In this document: positions 26,053-38,968 of the stretch, in pieces
How the letters are laid out: every line of letters begins with the position of its first letter
Numbering within the stretch: position 1 is the stretch's first letter
From: Octopus sinensis
Lineage: Eukaryota
Length of the DNA: 64,000 nucleotides
Reading direction: 5' to 3'
NCBI RefSeq assembly: GCF_006345805.1
Contig: NC_043000.1
Span: 120,466,001 to 120,530,000, forward strand
The notes under the pieces: model-generated
Told to the model about the DNA's origin: nothing
Seen by the model: only the letters and a program-made list of their open reading frames with translations
Databases searched by the model: none
Position numbers and translations under genes: made by a program

Positions 26053-27559
26053 CTTACGACAAAAAAAAAACTGGGATTTTTGTCTTCATGTTCTAACGAT
26101 TTTGCCAATCCAACTCTGTATGTGATCACTTAGAGACAACTGGTCATCTACCGACTCATATTTTATGCAATACTTTTCAAGCATTTTCTTCAACAATTTC
26201 ATATTTTTAGATAAACGTGTAACTAAGAGATTAATATTTCATCCCAGGTCACATTGAAAACTGTTCAAATACCCGTCATTTTAGCAATGCAGTTTGTGCA
26301 CCAAATAGTTTTTATAAACTTTATAAGCTTCAAATATTTGCGTGTTTATTTCATTTTCTAACGGTCATTGAAATATTGTTTACAAGCATAAATTTAACAG
26401 TGTTATATATTTCTCAACGCCATTTTGTCTTCTTCAATACAAAACGAAAAGAATAACGTTCAAAATGGCTACGTTAAGCTGTCTGTACATCTGAAACACG
26501 TGTTGCTTCATATAAAATAGTCCATAATACTCTAGACAATTTGCTACGTCAACTGAATTGCCTTGTGAATCATGTTACAATTTTTATTGAGTTGTAGCAT
26601 AATGATTTTTTAAAAATAACAATTCACTTGTTATATATGTATAGACAGTTTCATATAGTTACTTCATCTTTTTTATTGTAAATAATATAACATCGTGTCA
26701 TTTCTACAAGTCTTCTATATAATTTATTTCATTTTATATTTTTCGCCACTGTGCCATTCTGCTTATTTTTTTCTTTCATTGCAGTGAAGCCGTTTCAAAT
26801 ACCGTTGCAATTTATATATATTTAAAATTTTTCTGAATCAATAAATGATAATTTTCTCAGATATCATGTGACTTTACTTTTATAGATTGTGACACACGTA
26901 TAAATCTCTTCGCTATCTCCTTGACAGTTTCACTCATATTTAATGTGAAAAACTATTTTTCATACGATCTTTCATCCCAGCTCTACGTCTTGAACTGTTA
27001 TCGCCTCTTGTCCGCATAATTCATCGCTCAGATTTTCCAACTCTACTGATATATGCATATATTTTGTGACGTCTGCAGTTACATTCTTTCTTTCCATTTT
27101 CCTTTCATTTTTTCTTTAATTCTTTCTTCAGTTCTGTTTTTCTGTTTTTATTTCTTTCTGTCTAACCATCTCATACCAGTACTGAAGTGTGAAGCCTACG
27201 TTCCTGGAAGCCAAAACTCTCAGACAGAATGTCGCCATCAGTAGTAGAAAGGGGTCAGAATAATATGGGTCCAGGAAGAATGATGGATTCAAGAGTCTAA
27301 AAATCAATTCAAAACCAGTTATCCTGGGCATCTTCCGAATGAACTTAAAAGACGTCTCTTGGGTTGTCAAATATTTTTTTTACTTTGCATTTCTTTTCAA
27401 CTTTTACAATATTATTTGATTTAACACGAAAAATATTTTTATCGAAGTGTTTTATACTTTTATTTATTTATTTCGTATCCCCATTCTTCCTCTGCGACTT
27501 TTGTTTATCATTTTAAAAATTTGAATAAATTTTACTTCTTTTCAGACATATGGAATTGG

Positions 27560-27790
27560 AGTGCCAAGGAGAAATAAAACAAGCAAATATCCTTAAGAGA
27601 TCACGTGCGAAACAAGATAATTCGAGGACAGAGCGGAGGGAACGATATGATCGTTGAATACCGAAAACAAATATTCCATTGGGTCGGACGTGACACAAAA
27701 TTTACAAACAACAGGCTGAGCTGTGCCGTTACTGAATGATATCCAAGAGATCGGAAAAGCCACTTGGAAGGCCTTCACAACGATGGAAAG
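27560..27790 (+). mobile_element. RTE-clade LINE relic
   Basis: LRDHVRNKIIR...VEYRKQIFHWVGR...AVTE*YPRDRK. Confidence 0.7.
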
Positions 27791-28107
27791 TAAATTTAAT
27801 TAAACGATATGTATCATAGAATGGCATAATCAAGATAGAATTGGTAGCTCAATGGGACCAACGGTGTATAGCAAAATCTGATCGTCTGCTCAACACTGTG
27901 ATATGACAAACAATAATATTCTATCCTGACCACATCTAAAAACAAAAGAAAAAACGGCACCCTTCAAGTACTCGGTATCAGCGTTTTGACATTGTTTTGC
28001 TTGTATGTACTTCGGTAATCATTAAAAATAACGAGGATGATCTATCTTAACTCTTATCATGGGGGATTCTAGACATATCGTTTATATAAAACTATTATAT
28101 TCAGAAC

Positions 28108-28502
28108 ATTCTGTTGTGTCTGGGGAGAGTCATTTTCTTTTTGTGCCTTATAATGTAACACACTCACCGGTAAAATTTCCACTTATTTCTTATTTTTATT
28201 TTCCTAAAATTTTCGTTGCGTCTTGCAACCTTTTCAAAAGTCTTGACTCATTCGTCTTGAGAGTCAAGACTATTGAAAAGGTTGCAAGACGCAACGAAAA
28301 TTTTAGGTAAATAAGAAATAAGTGGGCATTAAAAATAAGAAATAAGTGGGCATTAAAAATAAGAAATAAGTGGGCATTTTACCGGTGAGTGTGTTACATT
28401 ATAAGGCACAAAAAGAAAATGACTCCCCCCAGTCACAACAGGATATGCTTCAATACACGAACTCACAAAAAGAATCTTGCAAACCAAATCCAAAAACGAA
28501 AT
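28108..28502. mobile_element. Foldback/MITE-like palindrome (copy 2, opposite orientation)
   Basis: 28108-28445 is a near-perfect hairpin. The right arm has a triplicated 24-bp unit (AAATAAGAAATAAGTGGGCATTAA). Extension on the right. Confidence 0.85.
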
Positions 28503-28935
28503 ATAATTCAGAGCATTAATATTGTGTTTTGCATCAGGCATAACAAACATACAATAATCTGAGATTATAAAGAAACTGAGAGAAGATTTAGGAATTTAAG
28601 AATCCCTGCTATAAATTGTTATTTATGAGTTGAAGCGTCCCGGGACAATTGCTGCTTATATTTAATAATTTTAATTGACCAACACAGCTGGAATTCCATT
28701 TTACAATAATTTTCACTCACACGCGCGGACGCGCACGCACGCACATATGAACCGCACCAAGACGCGTGGCATAGTGACTAGATTACTGGGATAATCTTTC
28801 TAAGATTGCAGTTTCGATTCCAAGAACAGGCAGAATATTGTGCCATTAACAAAAACACCTCCTTCAACGTCACATATCATGATTTGTTAAGATATAAATA
28901 CAAATAAATCTTTAAAAAAGCACAATAGAAAACTC

Positions 28936-29049
28936 AAAAATCTACACGTTTCGATTCTGTTTCCTTGGTAAAGCATAATTCAAAGCCTTTGGGTTAGATC
29001 CATTGTTAAGAATTTAATCTATAAGGGGCACGATCTCTTCAGGCTTTTT
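28936..29049 (-). ncRNA. Decayed hammerhead-like motif with long helix II
   Basis: Minus strand AAAAAGC-CTGAAGA-GATC...(long)...ATC-GAAAC-GTGTA-GATTTTT. Core intact; helix III ACGTGT (possibly ACGCGT decayed); one mismatch in helix I. Confidence 0.45.
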
Positions 29050-29230
29050 GCCTTGATAATAACTTAGGTTGCATCTTACATGAAGGGATTCTTACATTAT
29101 TAATTTTTACTATTATGATAATCCATAACAGATCGGGGATATTTTTTTCTAATGTGATGGAGATTAAACTGGAGAAATTTTGGATTTATTTATCCCTAAT
29201 GTGGATATAATATCCTTGAAGTCTCTATAC

Positions 29231-29346
<116 letters not shown>

Positions 29347-29384
29347 TTATAAACTTCATGAAGGAGAAAAGAAAGAAAAGGAGA

Positions 29385-29830
29385 ATTGATGTACCCACAA
29401 AGACAATTTACATTGCTTTTGGGGAAAAAAAAAGACCGTCCTGAAAGAAATGTTGAAAATATACCTGTTATTGTATACGTACAAAAACCTCAATACAAGG
29501 GATACTGGTGGATCATTCCCATCAAAGCATCTGTCAAGTATAAGCATCTCAGGTCGGATATGGTTGTTTGTGACACACAAGAAAAAGTAGGTGCCGTTAT
29601 AGAGGTCAAGTGTGCTGCTGATATGAATATCTCTTTGAAAATCAAAGAGAAAACAAGAAAAGGTAACTATGGACAACTGCTTTGAAATCTCCAGCTTCTA
29701 TATCCGGATTTTAAATTTACATTTATAGCAGTAATTGTTAGTCTGGATAAGCTTGGTTTTCAGAAGAAGAAATCAACCGATTCGCACATTACAAATGCAA
29801 TCTGTAAGCGGAACAGTATAAATATGCAAT
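29385..29830 (+). mobile_element. RLE-type non-LTR retrotransposon 3' relic
   Basis: WWIIPIKASVKYKHLRSDMVVCDTQEKVGAVIEVKCAADMNISLKIKEK...NYGQLL*NLQLLYPDFKF. Follows a (TATC)n run. Confidence 0.7.
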
Positions 29831-29949
29831 ACTTTTCTCAAGTCTAAAACGTGACAATGATTTTGTTATCTACATTCCGACAATGGAGTTTTGTATCTTT
29901 CTTAGAAACCAGCAGAGGAAGAATTTAGATAATTGAAAATAGAAGAGAG

Positions 29950-29951
29950 CG

Positions 29952-29998
<47 letters not shown>

Positions 29999-30177
29999 AC
30001 ACACAGAGACAGACACACACACACAGAGACACAGACACATACACACACACAAACACACACACAAACACATACACACACACAAACACATACACTCAAGCAC
30101 AAACACACAAACACACAAACACACACAAACGCACGCACAAACACTCACACATACAAACAGAAACACTGACACACACT

Positions 30178-30212
<35 letters not shown>
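29950..30212. repeat. (CA)n compound microsatellite
   Basis: Direct reading. Confidence 0.9.
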
Positions 30213-30215
<3 letters not shown>

Positions 30216-30599
30216 ACGAAAAAATGTGGTTAAAACTGCACAGCAACAGGACAACAATTAGAGAAGGTATACGAAATTGTTTAAAATGAGTTAGATAGTG
30301 AGAAATAGATATAGAAAGAGGAAAAAGAAAGAAAGAAAGAAAGAAAGAAAGAGCGAGAAAGAGGAAGAAAGAGATATATGGTCTTTATATATGGGAACAT
30401 AAGTGTGGAAGTGCGAGAATGTAAATGTATGCATGCGTGTGTGTGTTTATGCGTGTGTGTGTTTATGCGTGTGTTTGCTTATGCTTGTGTGACTAAATGT
30501 AACGTACATTAACATTGAGATACCGCTATGGTTTGAGAGTAAGTAAATTGACAGGGAGAGGGAGAGAATGAGAATGAGAGAGATTGGGATAGATTGATT

Positions 30600-30657
30600 G
30601 GGGGAAATAGACTGACAGACGACAAACAGACAGACAGACAGACAGACATACAGACAA

Positions 30658-30730
<73 letters not shown>

Positions 30731-31186
30731 CAGATAGATAGACAGATAGATAGAGCGACAGACAGATAGGTAGATAGATAGGGCGATACATAGAGGAATA
30801 GGTAGGTTGATAGATTGATAAGCAGAGCGATAGGTAGATAGATAGATAGATAGATTAATTGATGGAGTGATAGATAGAACAATAGATAGATTGATAAATA
30901 GAGCGATAGATAGAGTGATAGGTAGATAGATAGAACGATTTATAGGGCGATAGATAGAGTAATAGATAAATAGATTGATAAATAGAGCTCTAGATATGTT
31001 TCTTTATTAGCCACACAGGGCTGCACACAGATAGAACATAGATAGAAAGGTAAATAGACAGAATGATAGATAGATTAAATAGACAAATAGTGCGACAGAT
31101 AGAGCGATAGAAATATTGGTAGATAGATTGATATATAGAGCGATAGATAAAGCAAAAGAGATAGATATATAGAGCTCTAGACAGAC

Positions 31187-31276
<90 letters not shown>

Positions 31277-31470
31277 ATAGAACTCTATTTAGACAGATAG
31301 ATAGATAAATAGATAAATAGATAAACAGATTGATAGATAGATAAATAGATAGACAAATAGTGCGAAAGATAGAGCGATAGAAATATTGGTAGATAGATTG
31401 ATATATAGAAGGATAGATAGAGTAATAGAGATAGATAGATATATAGATAGATAGATAGATAGATAGATAG
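30600..31470. repeat. Degenerate (GATA)n field with ~270-bp higher-order duplication
   Basis: GACAAATAGTGCGA.AGATAGAGCGATAGAAATATTGGTAGATAGATTGATATATAGA occurs near 31082 and 31352. Confidence 0.85.
30997..31038 (-). mobile_element. 42-bp extreme 3' end of the Tx1-like LINE inserted in (GATA)n
   Basis: Reverse complement is 42/42 identical to 50820-50861. Flanked by TAGATA on both sides. Confidence 0.9.
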
Positions 31471-31699
31471 GGATGCAGAGAATGAGTGAGTGCTAGAGTC
31501 AATGTGAATAAAAGGATGAAAGCGTCAGACAGTTAAGCACAAATTGTGTGTGTGTGGGGGGGTCGTGTAAATGTGTATGTGAGTGAGAGAGAGAAAAAGG
31601 AAAGAAAGAAAAAGAGAGAGCACCTAATCTGAAGGAAATTACTGGAGGAAGACGCTCTAAAACGTGGATTATATTCAAGTGATATCTATAGTTACCTAA

Positions 31700-31783
<84 letters not shown>

Positions 31784-32112
31784 ATCTATCTATCTATCTA
31801 CTTTTCTCTAATCTTCCCTTTGTCTATGTATCCGACTTATCTCCGTACGTTACTTGAAAAGCTGAGTCTATGAAGGTACTGAGCAATACAGATTTGAGAG
31901 AGATTTATAGATAGACAGATAGATAGATTAAATCTATCTGTCTGTATACACATGTGTATATCATACACATATATAAAAAATGTCTATGTACATATTAACT
32001 ATAAGTATACACACACAAACATAAGTATACACACAAATATATATATATTTGTGTGAGTGTCTGCATATTATATCAATAACATATATATATGTATACATTA
32101 TGTCAGTTATAC

Positions 32113-32169
<57 letters not shown>

Positions 32170-32373
32170 GTGTGTATGTATTATATAATGAATGTGCATT
32201 GCATATATTATGTAACGTATATTTATTATATATATCTTATATACAACATTAAGTATCATGTATACACATACACATATATACAGACTGTGACAAAAATCAG
32301 AGGAACCGAGAAAGAACAATGTATAAGACAATGAGAAAGGTATATATATATATATGCATATATACATATATAC

Positions 32374-32406
<33 letters not shown>

Positions 32407-33004
32407 AAGAGAAAGAGAAAGAGATAGGGGAGAGATACAAAGTGGAAAGAAGGAAAAAAAAGGAGTGTGAGAAAAAGCGAAAGAATGTGAGTGAAGAGAG
32501 AAGGCTAGGAATACGTGGCATGGACAGTGTTTCATTGCTAATGTGGTAAAGATATTCATAGCAGGAATTCTGAAACTAAGCTTTCAATGTCCACACAACA
32601 TTGAGATGTCTCATTCAGATAAACAAGATGGCAACGGATAAAGCTAATTAATCAGACCTCAATAGACTCACACGCACACACACACACACACGTACGCACT
32701 CACATTGATGCTTACGCGTATGTACTGTCTTGTACCAGTAGACGCTTAAAGAAGCGCTATACAAACACATACAAACATGCACGTAGATGTACACATGCAG
32801 ACAATACATGAGAGTTATGTGAGATTAGTTAATTAGAAGCTGAAGGAAAATTCTCGCACGGTGTTGATGTTGGTGGTGGTAGTGCTGGTTGTGCTAGTTG
32901 TGGTGGTGGTGGTGCTGGTGTTGGTGGTTGTCTCTGGCAAAGTTGACCGTTTGTCGTATTGGCTTTTGCGTACATTCACACATTCATCATTATTATTACT
33001 GTCC

Positions 33005-33495
33005 AAATGATGATGATGATGAGCGTGATGATGATGTTGTTGATGATGACGATGATGATGATGAAGAGGATGGCGCTACTGCTGCGGATGATAATGATGA
33101 TGATTATGATGATGATCACTATGATGGTGATGAAGATGGTGACGGTGATGGGGGTGATGATGATGATGATGATGACAATGATGATGATGACGATGATGAT
33201 GAGGATGATGAGGATGATGATGATGATGATGCTGATGACGACGACGAGGACGACGACGACGATGATGATGATGATAATGAGGAAGAAGATGAAGAGAAGA
33301 ATTGTGATGATGATGATTCTCTGTGATTCTTTATAATGTGCTCTTTTGCAGTGTTTCGGTGATGACCATTTTCATCATTATCATCGTGATTATCATAGCA
33401 GCATCAAAATTATAGATATCATGTGATGATGATGATAATGATGATGACAATGACGACATCAACGGTGATGATGACGACGAGGATGATAGTGATGC
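33005..33495. repeat. Compound (GAT)n/(GAC)n microsatellite
   Basis: Direct reading. This explains the poly-Asp and poly-Met ORFs. Confidence 0.9.
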
Positions 33496-33710
33496 TGAAT
33501 ATTGCAGCGTTGATGCATACGGTTAGCTTTTTTCTCTCTCACATTGACAAAAAGCGCCGAGTGAATGTGATAGCGAGTTATCTCCTCATGAATGGGCGTC
33601 CATTATTCCATTGCAATTTGTAGCTATCAAAGCATATCAAGAGAAGACGGTTCATACTATTTACTCAGATAACATAGTCGAAGAAAATAAAACAATATTC
33701 CTAGAACCAT

Positions 33711-34296
33711 CGTGGTACTCCGTAGTTTGCGACGACGAGGGTTCCAGTTGATCCGATCAACGGAACAGCCTGCTCGTGAAATGAACGTGCACTTGGGTGA
33801 GCACTCCACAGACACGTGTACCCTTAACGTAGTTCTCGGGGGGAGGGATTCAGCGTGACACATAATGTGACAAGGCTGGCCCTTTGAAATACAGCTACAA
33901 TAGAAACAAGAAGAAAGAGAGAGAGAAAGTTGTGGTGAAAGTGTATAGCAGGGTCCGCCACCCCACCCCCTACCGGAGCCTCGTGGAGCTTTAGGTGTTT
34001 TCGCTCAATAAACACTCACAACCTCCGGTCTGGGAATCGAAATCACGATCCTTAACGTAGTTCTCGGGGAGATTCAGCGTGACACAGAGTGTAACAAGGC
34101 TGGCCCTTTGAAATACAGGTACAACGGAAACAGAAAGAAAGAGTGAGAGAAAGTTGTGGTGAAAGATTACAGCAAAGTTCGTCAGAGCCTCGTGGAGCTT
34201 TAGATGGTTTCGCTCAATGAACACTCACAACGCCCGGTATGGGAATCGAAACCGCGATCTTACGACCGTGAGTCCGCTGCCCTAACCACTAGGCAC
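33711..34296 (-). mobile_element. SINE B with internal ~225-bp duplication, 11-bp TSD
   Basis: CTTAACGTAGTTCTCGGG...GGGAATCGAAA block occurs twice. CCTAGAACCAT at 33700-33710 and 34297-34307. Confidence 0.85.
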
Positions 34297-34649
34297 CCTA
34301 GAACCATAACAAACGATGAATAAGCATTGTATTCGTGCGAAGATACGCTAGATAGAGAAATTCAAATCCTTGAAAATCACTATCCAAATAAAGCTCTTAC
34401 ATTAACCATTTCTTTTCACAAGATTGAATTCTGTGTCAGAGTTATTATTATTCAGATTCCGATTGTAATCTTAGGCATTATGGGAAAGTACTTTTGTCCA
34501 TTTATGCTCATATATCGCTTATAAGAATTAAATATCTAAATGTTCAATATGTGTTATTATTAAGTCTAAAATGTTCCGAGTTATTAACCTCGTCTTAAGA
34601 GTTTGGATATATTTACAATAATTATATTCTCTCATTCTTTTATTATTTT

Positions 34650-34981
34650 ACTTGTTTCAGTCACTTGACTGCAGCCATGCTGGAGCACCGCTCTAAATTA
34701 TATGTTTGATCCTTCTCGAGCCACGCCTGGCTCATTAGGGCCGGTTTCCCGGTTTCCTTGGCGTATAGGTTCCCCACCTAGACGGGACGCCGGTCCGTCG
34801 CAGGGGAGCTGCACGATGCAGGAGAAAAGAGTGAGAGAAAGTTGTGGCGAAAGAGCCAGCAGAAGCCGCGTAGAGCTTAGGTTTTTCGCTCATAAACACA
34901 CACATCGCTCGGTCTGAGATTCGAACCCACGACCTCTCGACCTCGAGTCCACTGTTCTAACCACTGGACCATGTGCCTCCA
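34650..34981 (-). mobile_element. SINE C 3' stub (34650-34695) and SINE B-related copy with tail variant 3 (34712-34981)
   Basis: Head GGAGGCACATGGTCCAGTGGTTAGAAC...GGTTCGAATCTC; tail GGAAACCGGGAAACCGGCCCTAATGAGCC. Confidence 0.75.
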
Positions 34982-35062
34982 ACCTAAATTATATATAGAA
35001 TTATATATAGAATGCATTTCGATCCGATTGGTATCCGATCATTCCTGAATATGTGTACTGAT

Positions 35063-35466
35063 TTCGAATTTTGGTACAAGGCCAGCAATTTTGGTGTAGC
35101 GGGTAAATCAATTACATCGACTCCAGTGTTCGACTGGTACTTATTTTATCGACATCAAAAGGATAAAAGGCAAAGCCGACCACGGTGGAATTTGAAATCA
35201 GAATGTCGCTAAGCATATTGCCCGGTGTGCTAACGATTCTGCCAGCTCGCTGCCTTATTCCTGAATACGTATTTTGGTTTCAAATTTTAGTACAAGGCCA
35301 GCAATTTCGGGGGAGTGGGTAAGTTGATTACATGAACCCAACTGCTTGATTGGTAATTAATTTATCGGCCCCGAAAGAATAAAAGGAAATGTAATTTATA
35401 ACCGGACGAAATACCGATAAGCATTCTGCACGGCGTACCAGCGACTCTGCTACCTCGCCGCTTTAT
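35063..35466 (-). mobile_element. Two tandem degenerate SINE A copies
   Basis: Both start TTTTGGTACAAGGCCAGCAATTT on plus and end GCCAGCTCGC / GCTACCTCGCC. Confidence 0.75.
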
Positions 35467-36289
35467 TCTTGAAAATGTATTTGCCTCAATTTAAGTTAGT
35501 GTCAGGAATCCTTACTGTCTAAGCTACTATGTGTAATGTTCCTTTTATTTCAGTCACTGTGAATAAGGATATTGCTGTTAAAATATTTAGCGCGTTATTT
35601 TTGTTTGCTGAATAAAAATATACATCATTGAATAAAAATATACAACAGATTAAATTTGCCTCTTTCGATTCCTGTTATCTAGTTTGTTGTTTGAATACAT
35701 CTACATAAATACGATATTCTTTTTAGATTCAAAATTTTCTCGCCTGTGAGGATATCTACTTCATAAACTCTTGAATGTTAGTAAAATAAACGTGATTAGA
35801 AGACAGTGACAATGTTCTTTGATCCATTTCTCTCTTAAAGTTTCCTTTTACACTGCCTTGCCTGGTAAATAGAGGTTGCTCTCAAAATGAATTCTTAACA
35901 CAGCCCGGAGTCGAGTACTTCTGGCAAGCATATCAAAAACCAAAAAACGAGTAGGGAAGGATGGCCTAAAGTATAGTTCCCTGGAAGTACTACGTGCGTG
36001 TACACCGACATGATATCCAATATCTGACAGCGTTGTTATATTAGCATTAAAATATTTGCGATCTAGCAGTCACGAATATTTAGAACTAAATGAACTGGTA
36101 AATAGATGAAGATATATTCTAAAACAAGTAAGATAACCTGAACCGAAATAAATAAATTTAATGAATGATGTACGAATAAGCCAGCATCCAAAATAACACG
36201 TTAGCAGATTTCTGCAGGAAGAAAGGAGATCCTATACGCCATTGATTTAATGCAGTAAAGTATTTTCTTCATAAAGTTTGCAAAATGGC

Positions 36290-36500
36290 GGAGTCATTAG
36301 CACGTTGGACAAAATGCTTATCTTCTTAGTATTTCTTCTGGCTTTTACCTTTCTGAGTTCAACTCTTGCTGAGGTCAGCTCTGCCGTCCATCCCTTCGAG
36401 TTTGATGAAATAAAGTGCCAGTCAGTTACTAAGGTTGATGTAATTCACTTACCCCTCACTTCAAATTTGCTGGCGTTGAATCCGGCAACGAACCGGCCGG
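36290..36500 (+). mobile_element. Degenerate SINE A
   Basis: GGCGGAGTCATTAGCACGTTGGACAAAATGCTTA...CTGAGTTCAACTCTTGCTGAGGTC. Confidence 0.6.
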
Positions 36501-36856
36501 GAAAATGTTATTTTCCTGGCCGATCATACGTCATGGAACAGGTTAACCGACTTTATGGGCCCTAGGAAAGAAGAAAAACCTTGCATATAAGAAGTACTTC
36601 AAATATATGGCGTAGCTCCAATATTAAGCTAAAAATCTCAATACCATGCCAAATAACACTGGTCAAATATGAATGGCCAATACAAAACAATTAAGGAAAG
36701 AAAAATTAAATCCCCGTTATAAAAGAAATTTTCCAGTTTCACTGATTTTCCCTCCAAAGAGAGGACTACTAATAGATCTGAGGAATTATGTACATTTTTT
36801 ACATTATTTACATTACTTACATTTGACAGATATTTGTCCTCATCTTGTTCGTTGTT

Positions 36857-36902
36857 AACACAACGTTTCTGCTGATATACCCTCCAGCTTTCATCAGCTG
36901 TC
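36857..36902 (-). ncRNA. Hammerhead motif of the left arm, degenerate
   Basis: GACAG-CTGATGA-A-AGCTG...CAGCA-GAAAC-GTT-GTGTT. The 10.1-11.1 pair is A/A and the first helix I pair is G/G. Confidence 0.65.
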
Positions 36903-36944
36903 TTGGGAAATTTTGAACCTGGGTTCTCTTTCCTATTTTTCGAT

Positions 36945-37044
<100 letters not shown>

Positions 37045-37199
37045 TCACTGCCTGGAATCGAACTCGGAATCTTGGGGTTAATAGCTCGCGCTCTTAACCA
37101 CTACGCCACTCTTAACCACAATGTTTACGGGCATATGGACTAGTGGTTAAGAGCGCAGGCTACTAACCCCAAGATTCCGAGTTCGATTCCAGGCAGTGA

Positions 37200-37309
<110 letters not shown>

Positions 37310-37379
37310 CAACAATAATAATAATGATAACATGGAAAAATACCTTAGGAATGAGAACCCAGGTTCGAAATTTACCCAA

Positions 37380-37425
37380 GACACCTGAAGAAGGCTGGAG
37401 GGTATATCAGCCGAAACGTTGTGTT
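37380..37425 (+). ncRNA. Minimal type I hammerhead ribozyme motif, apparently intact
   Basis: Helix I GACAC/GTGTT; CTGAAGA plus extra A; helix II GGCTG(G)/(T)CAGCC; GAAA; palindromic helix III ACGT. Predicted cleavage after GUU (37420). Confidence 0.8.
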
Positions 37426-37781
37426 AACAACAAACAAGATGAGGACAGATATCCGTCAAATTTATAGAATGTAAATAATGTACTAATAGATCTGTTGGAT
37501 AATATTATATACCATGACAACCGTAATACTGAGTTGATAAATCTAGGTTTGTTAGTTTACTTAGATAACTTGAATTTATAAATGTCAGACAGTAATCAAT
37601 TAAATTCTCTTCTGTATATTCAAAGAAATACCCTTGGTCAAGGAATTTGAGTTGTGTACCAAGTCTTATAAATAACAAAGCTTGACTTAAGCAAACAGCA
37701 TCAATATAAAGCGTTAGACATACCAGAATGAAAGCAAGAACAAATATGTAATGATAATTCGGGGACAATTAATGAGATACT

Positions 37782-37900
37782 ATGGCACTCCATCGGTTAC
37801 GAAGACGAGGGTTGCAGTTGATCCGATCAACGGAACAGCATGCTTGTGAAATTAACGTGTAAGTGACTGAGTACTCCACAGACGTGCGTACCCTTAACCT
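37782..37900 (-). mobile_element. SINE B 3' fragment (tail variant 1)
   Basis: TGGCACTCCATCGGTTACGAAGACGAGGG...GATCCGATCAACGGAAC. Confidence 0.75.
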
Positions 37901-37904
37901 CTCT

Positions 37905-38290
37905 GCAATCTCTCGCACAGTTATATGACAATCAGATTAAAAAATGGCTTTGATTCGGTCATCGTCAATTTCAGTAGGTCGACCAGAGCATTGGTCATCT
38001 TTGAGTGAAAAATCTCCAGAAAAGGATTTTTAAAACCGTTTCTGACAAGTGCGTTCTGTTAAGCAATCAACACCATAAACGTCACATATCTCTTTGTGAG
38101 CCTCAGCAGCTTTCTTGCCTTTACGGAAATAAAAAAGCGAAATATGGCGAAAATGTTCGTTTCTTGCACTCCATGTCAAAATTGACACTGAAATAAGAGC
38201 TGTAAATAAAATTACGCGCAATTTGCTTCTAAAGTAAGCTAGGAGTAACGGCTATGAAATGTCAAAAGGAAAAAAACCATTACATTGACA
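37905..38290 (-). mobile_element. Mariner transposase N-terminal relic
   Basis: EHFRHISLFYFRKGKKAAEAHKEICDVYGVDCLTERTCQKRF, then frameshifted GDFSLKDDQCSGRPTEIDDDRIK. Confidence 0.85.
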
Positions 38291-38595
38291 AAAGATATTA
38301 AAAAAAACTGTAACTCTATCTATTTGCGAAACCCACTTGATTAATCATAAAGCAAAATAAGCACGTGCTTAGGGCACCAAAGGAAGTGAGGCCACCACAG
38401 ATAGTAAATAGCTTACGGCACAAAAGAAATCGCTTTAAACTTGCTAAAATAATATTGAAAGAGGTTTATATGTTCAAAAATATATCACTTCGAAGTGTTT
38501 ATGGTATCATAGTGGCTTTGTAATTAAAATGGTAGCAGGAATTTTACAAATATAAAATGGATGTATACAAAACGAAGCATTATTTCCCATCTTAC

Positions 38596-38968
38596 ACCGG
38601 GCGAAATGCTTAGCGGTATTTCGTCTACCGTTACCTTCTGAGTTCAAATTCCGCTGACGTCAACTTTGTTTTTCATCTTTTCGGGGTCGAGGAAATAAGT
38701 ACCAGTTACGCACTGGGGTCGATATAATCGACTTAATCCGTTTGTCTGCCCTTGTTTGTCCTCTCTGTGTTTAGCCCCTTGTGGGTAGTAAAGAAAGAGG
38801 TATTTCGTCCGCCGTTACGTTCTGAGTTCAAATTCCGTCGAGGTTGACTTTGCCTTTCATCCTTTCGGGGTCGATTAAATAAGTACCAGTGACGCACTGG
38901 GGTCGATATAATTGGCAAGACCCCTTCCCTAAAACATTTTCAAGGCCCTGTGCCTAGAGTAGAAATAA
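38596..38968 (+). mobile_element. SINE A dimeric composite (body plus body-with-tail)
   Basis: GTATTTCGTC...TTCTGAGTTCAAATTCCG block occurs twice; ends GTGCCTAGAGTAGAAATAAATA. Confidence 0.8.

Noticed and set aside
26050-26480. Possible DNA-transposon relic
   Set aside because: No readable transposase motif or termini.
32898-33336. Acidic poly-Asp / poly-Met protein ORFs
   Set aside because: Read-through of a (GAT)n microsatellite; no splice or domain support.
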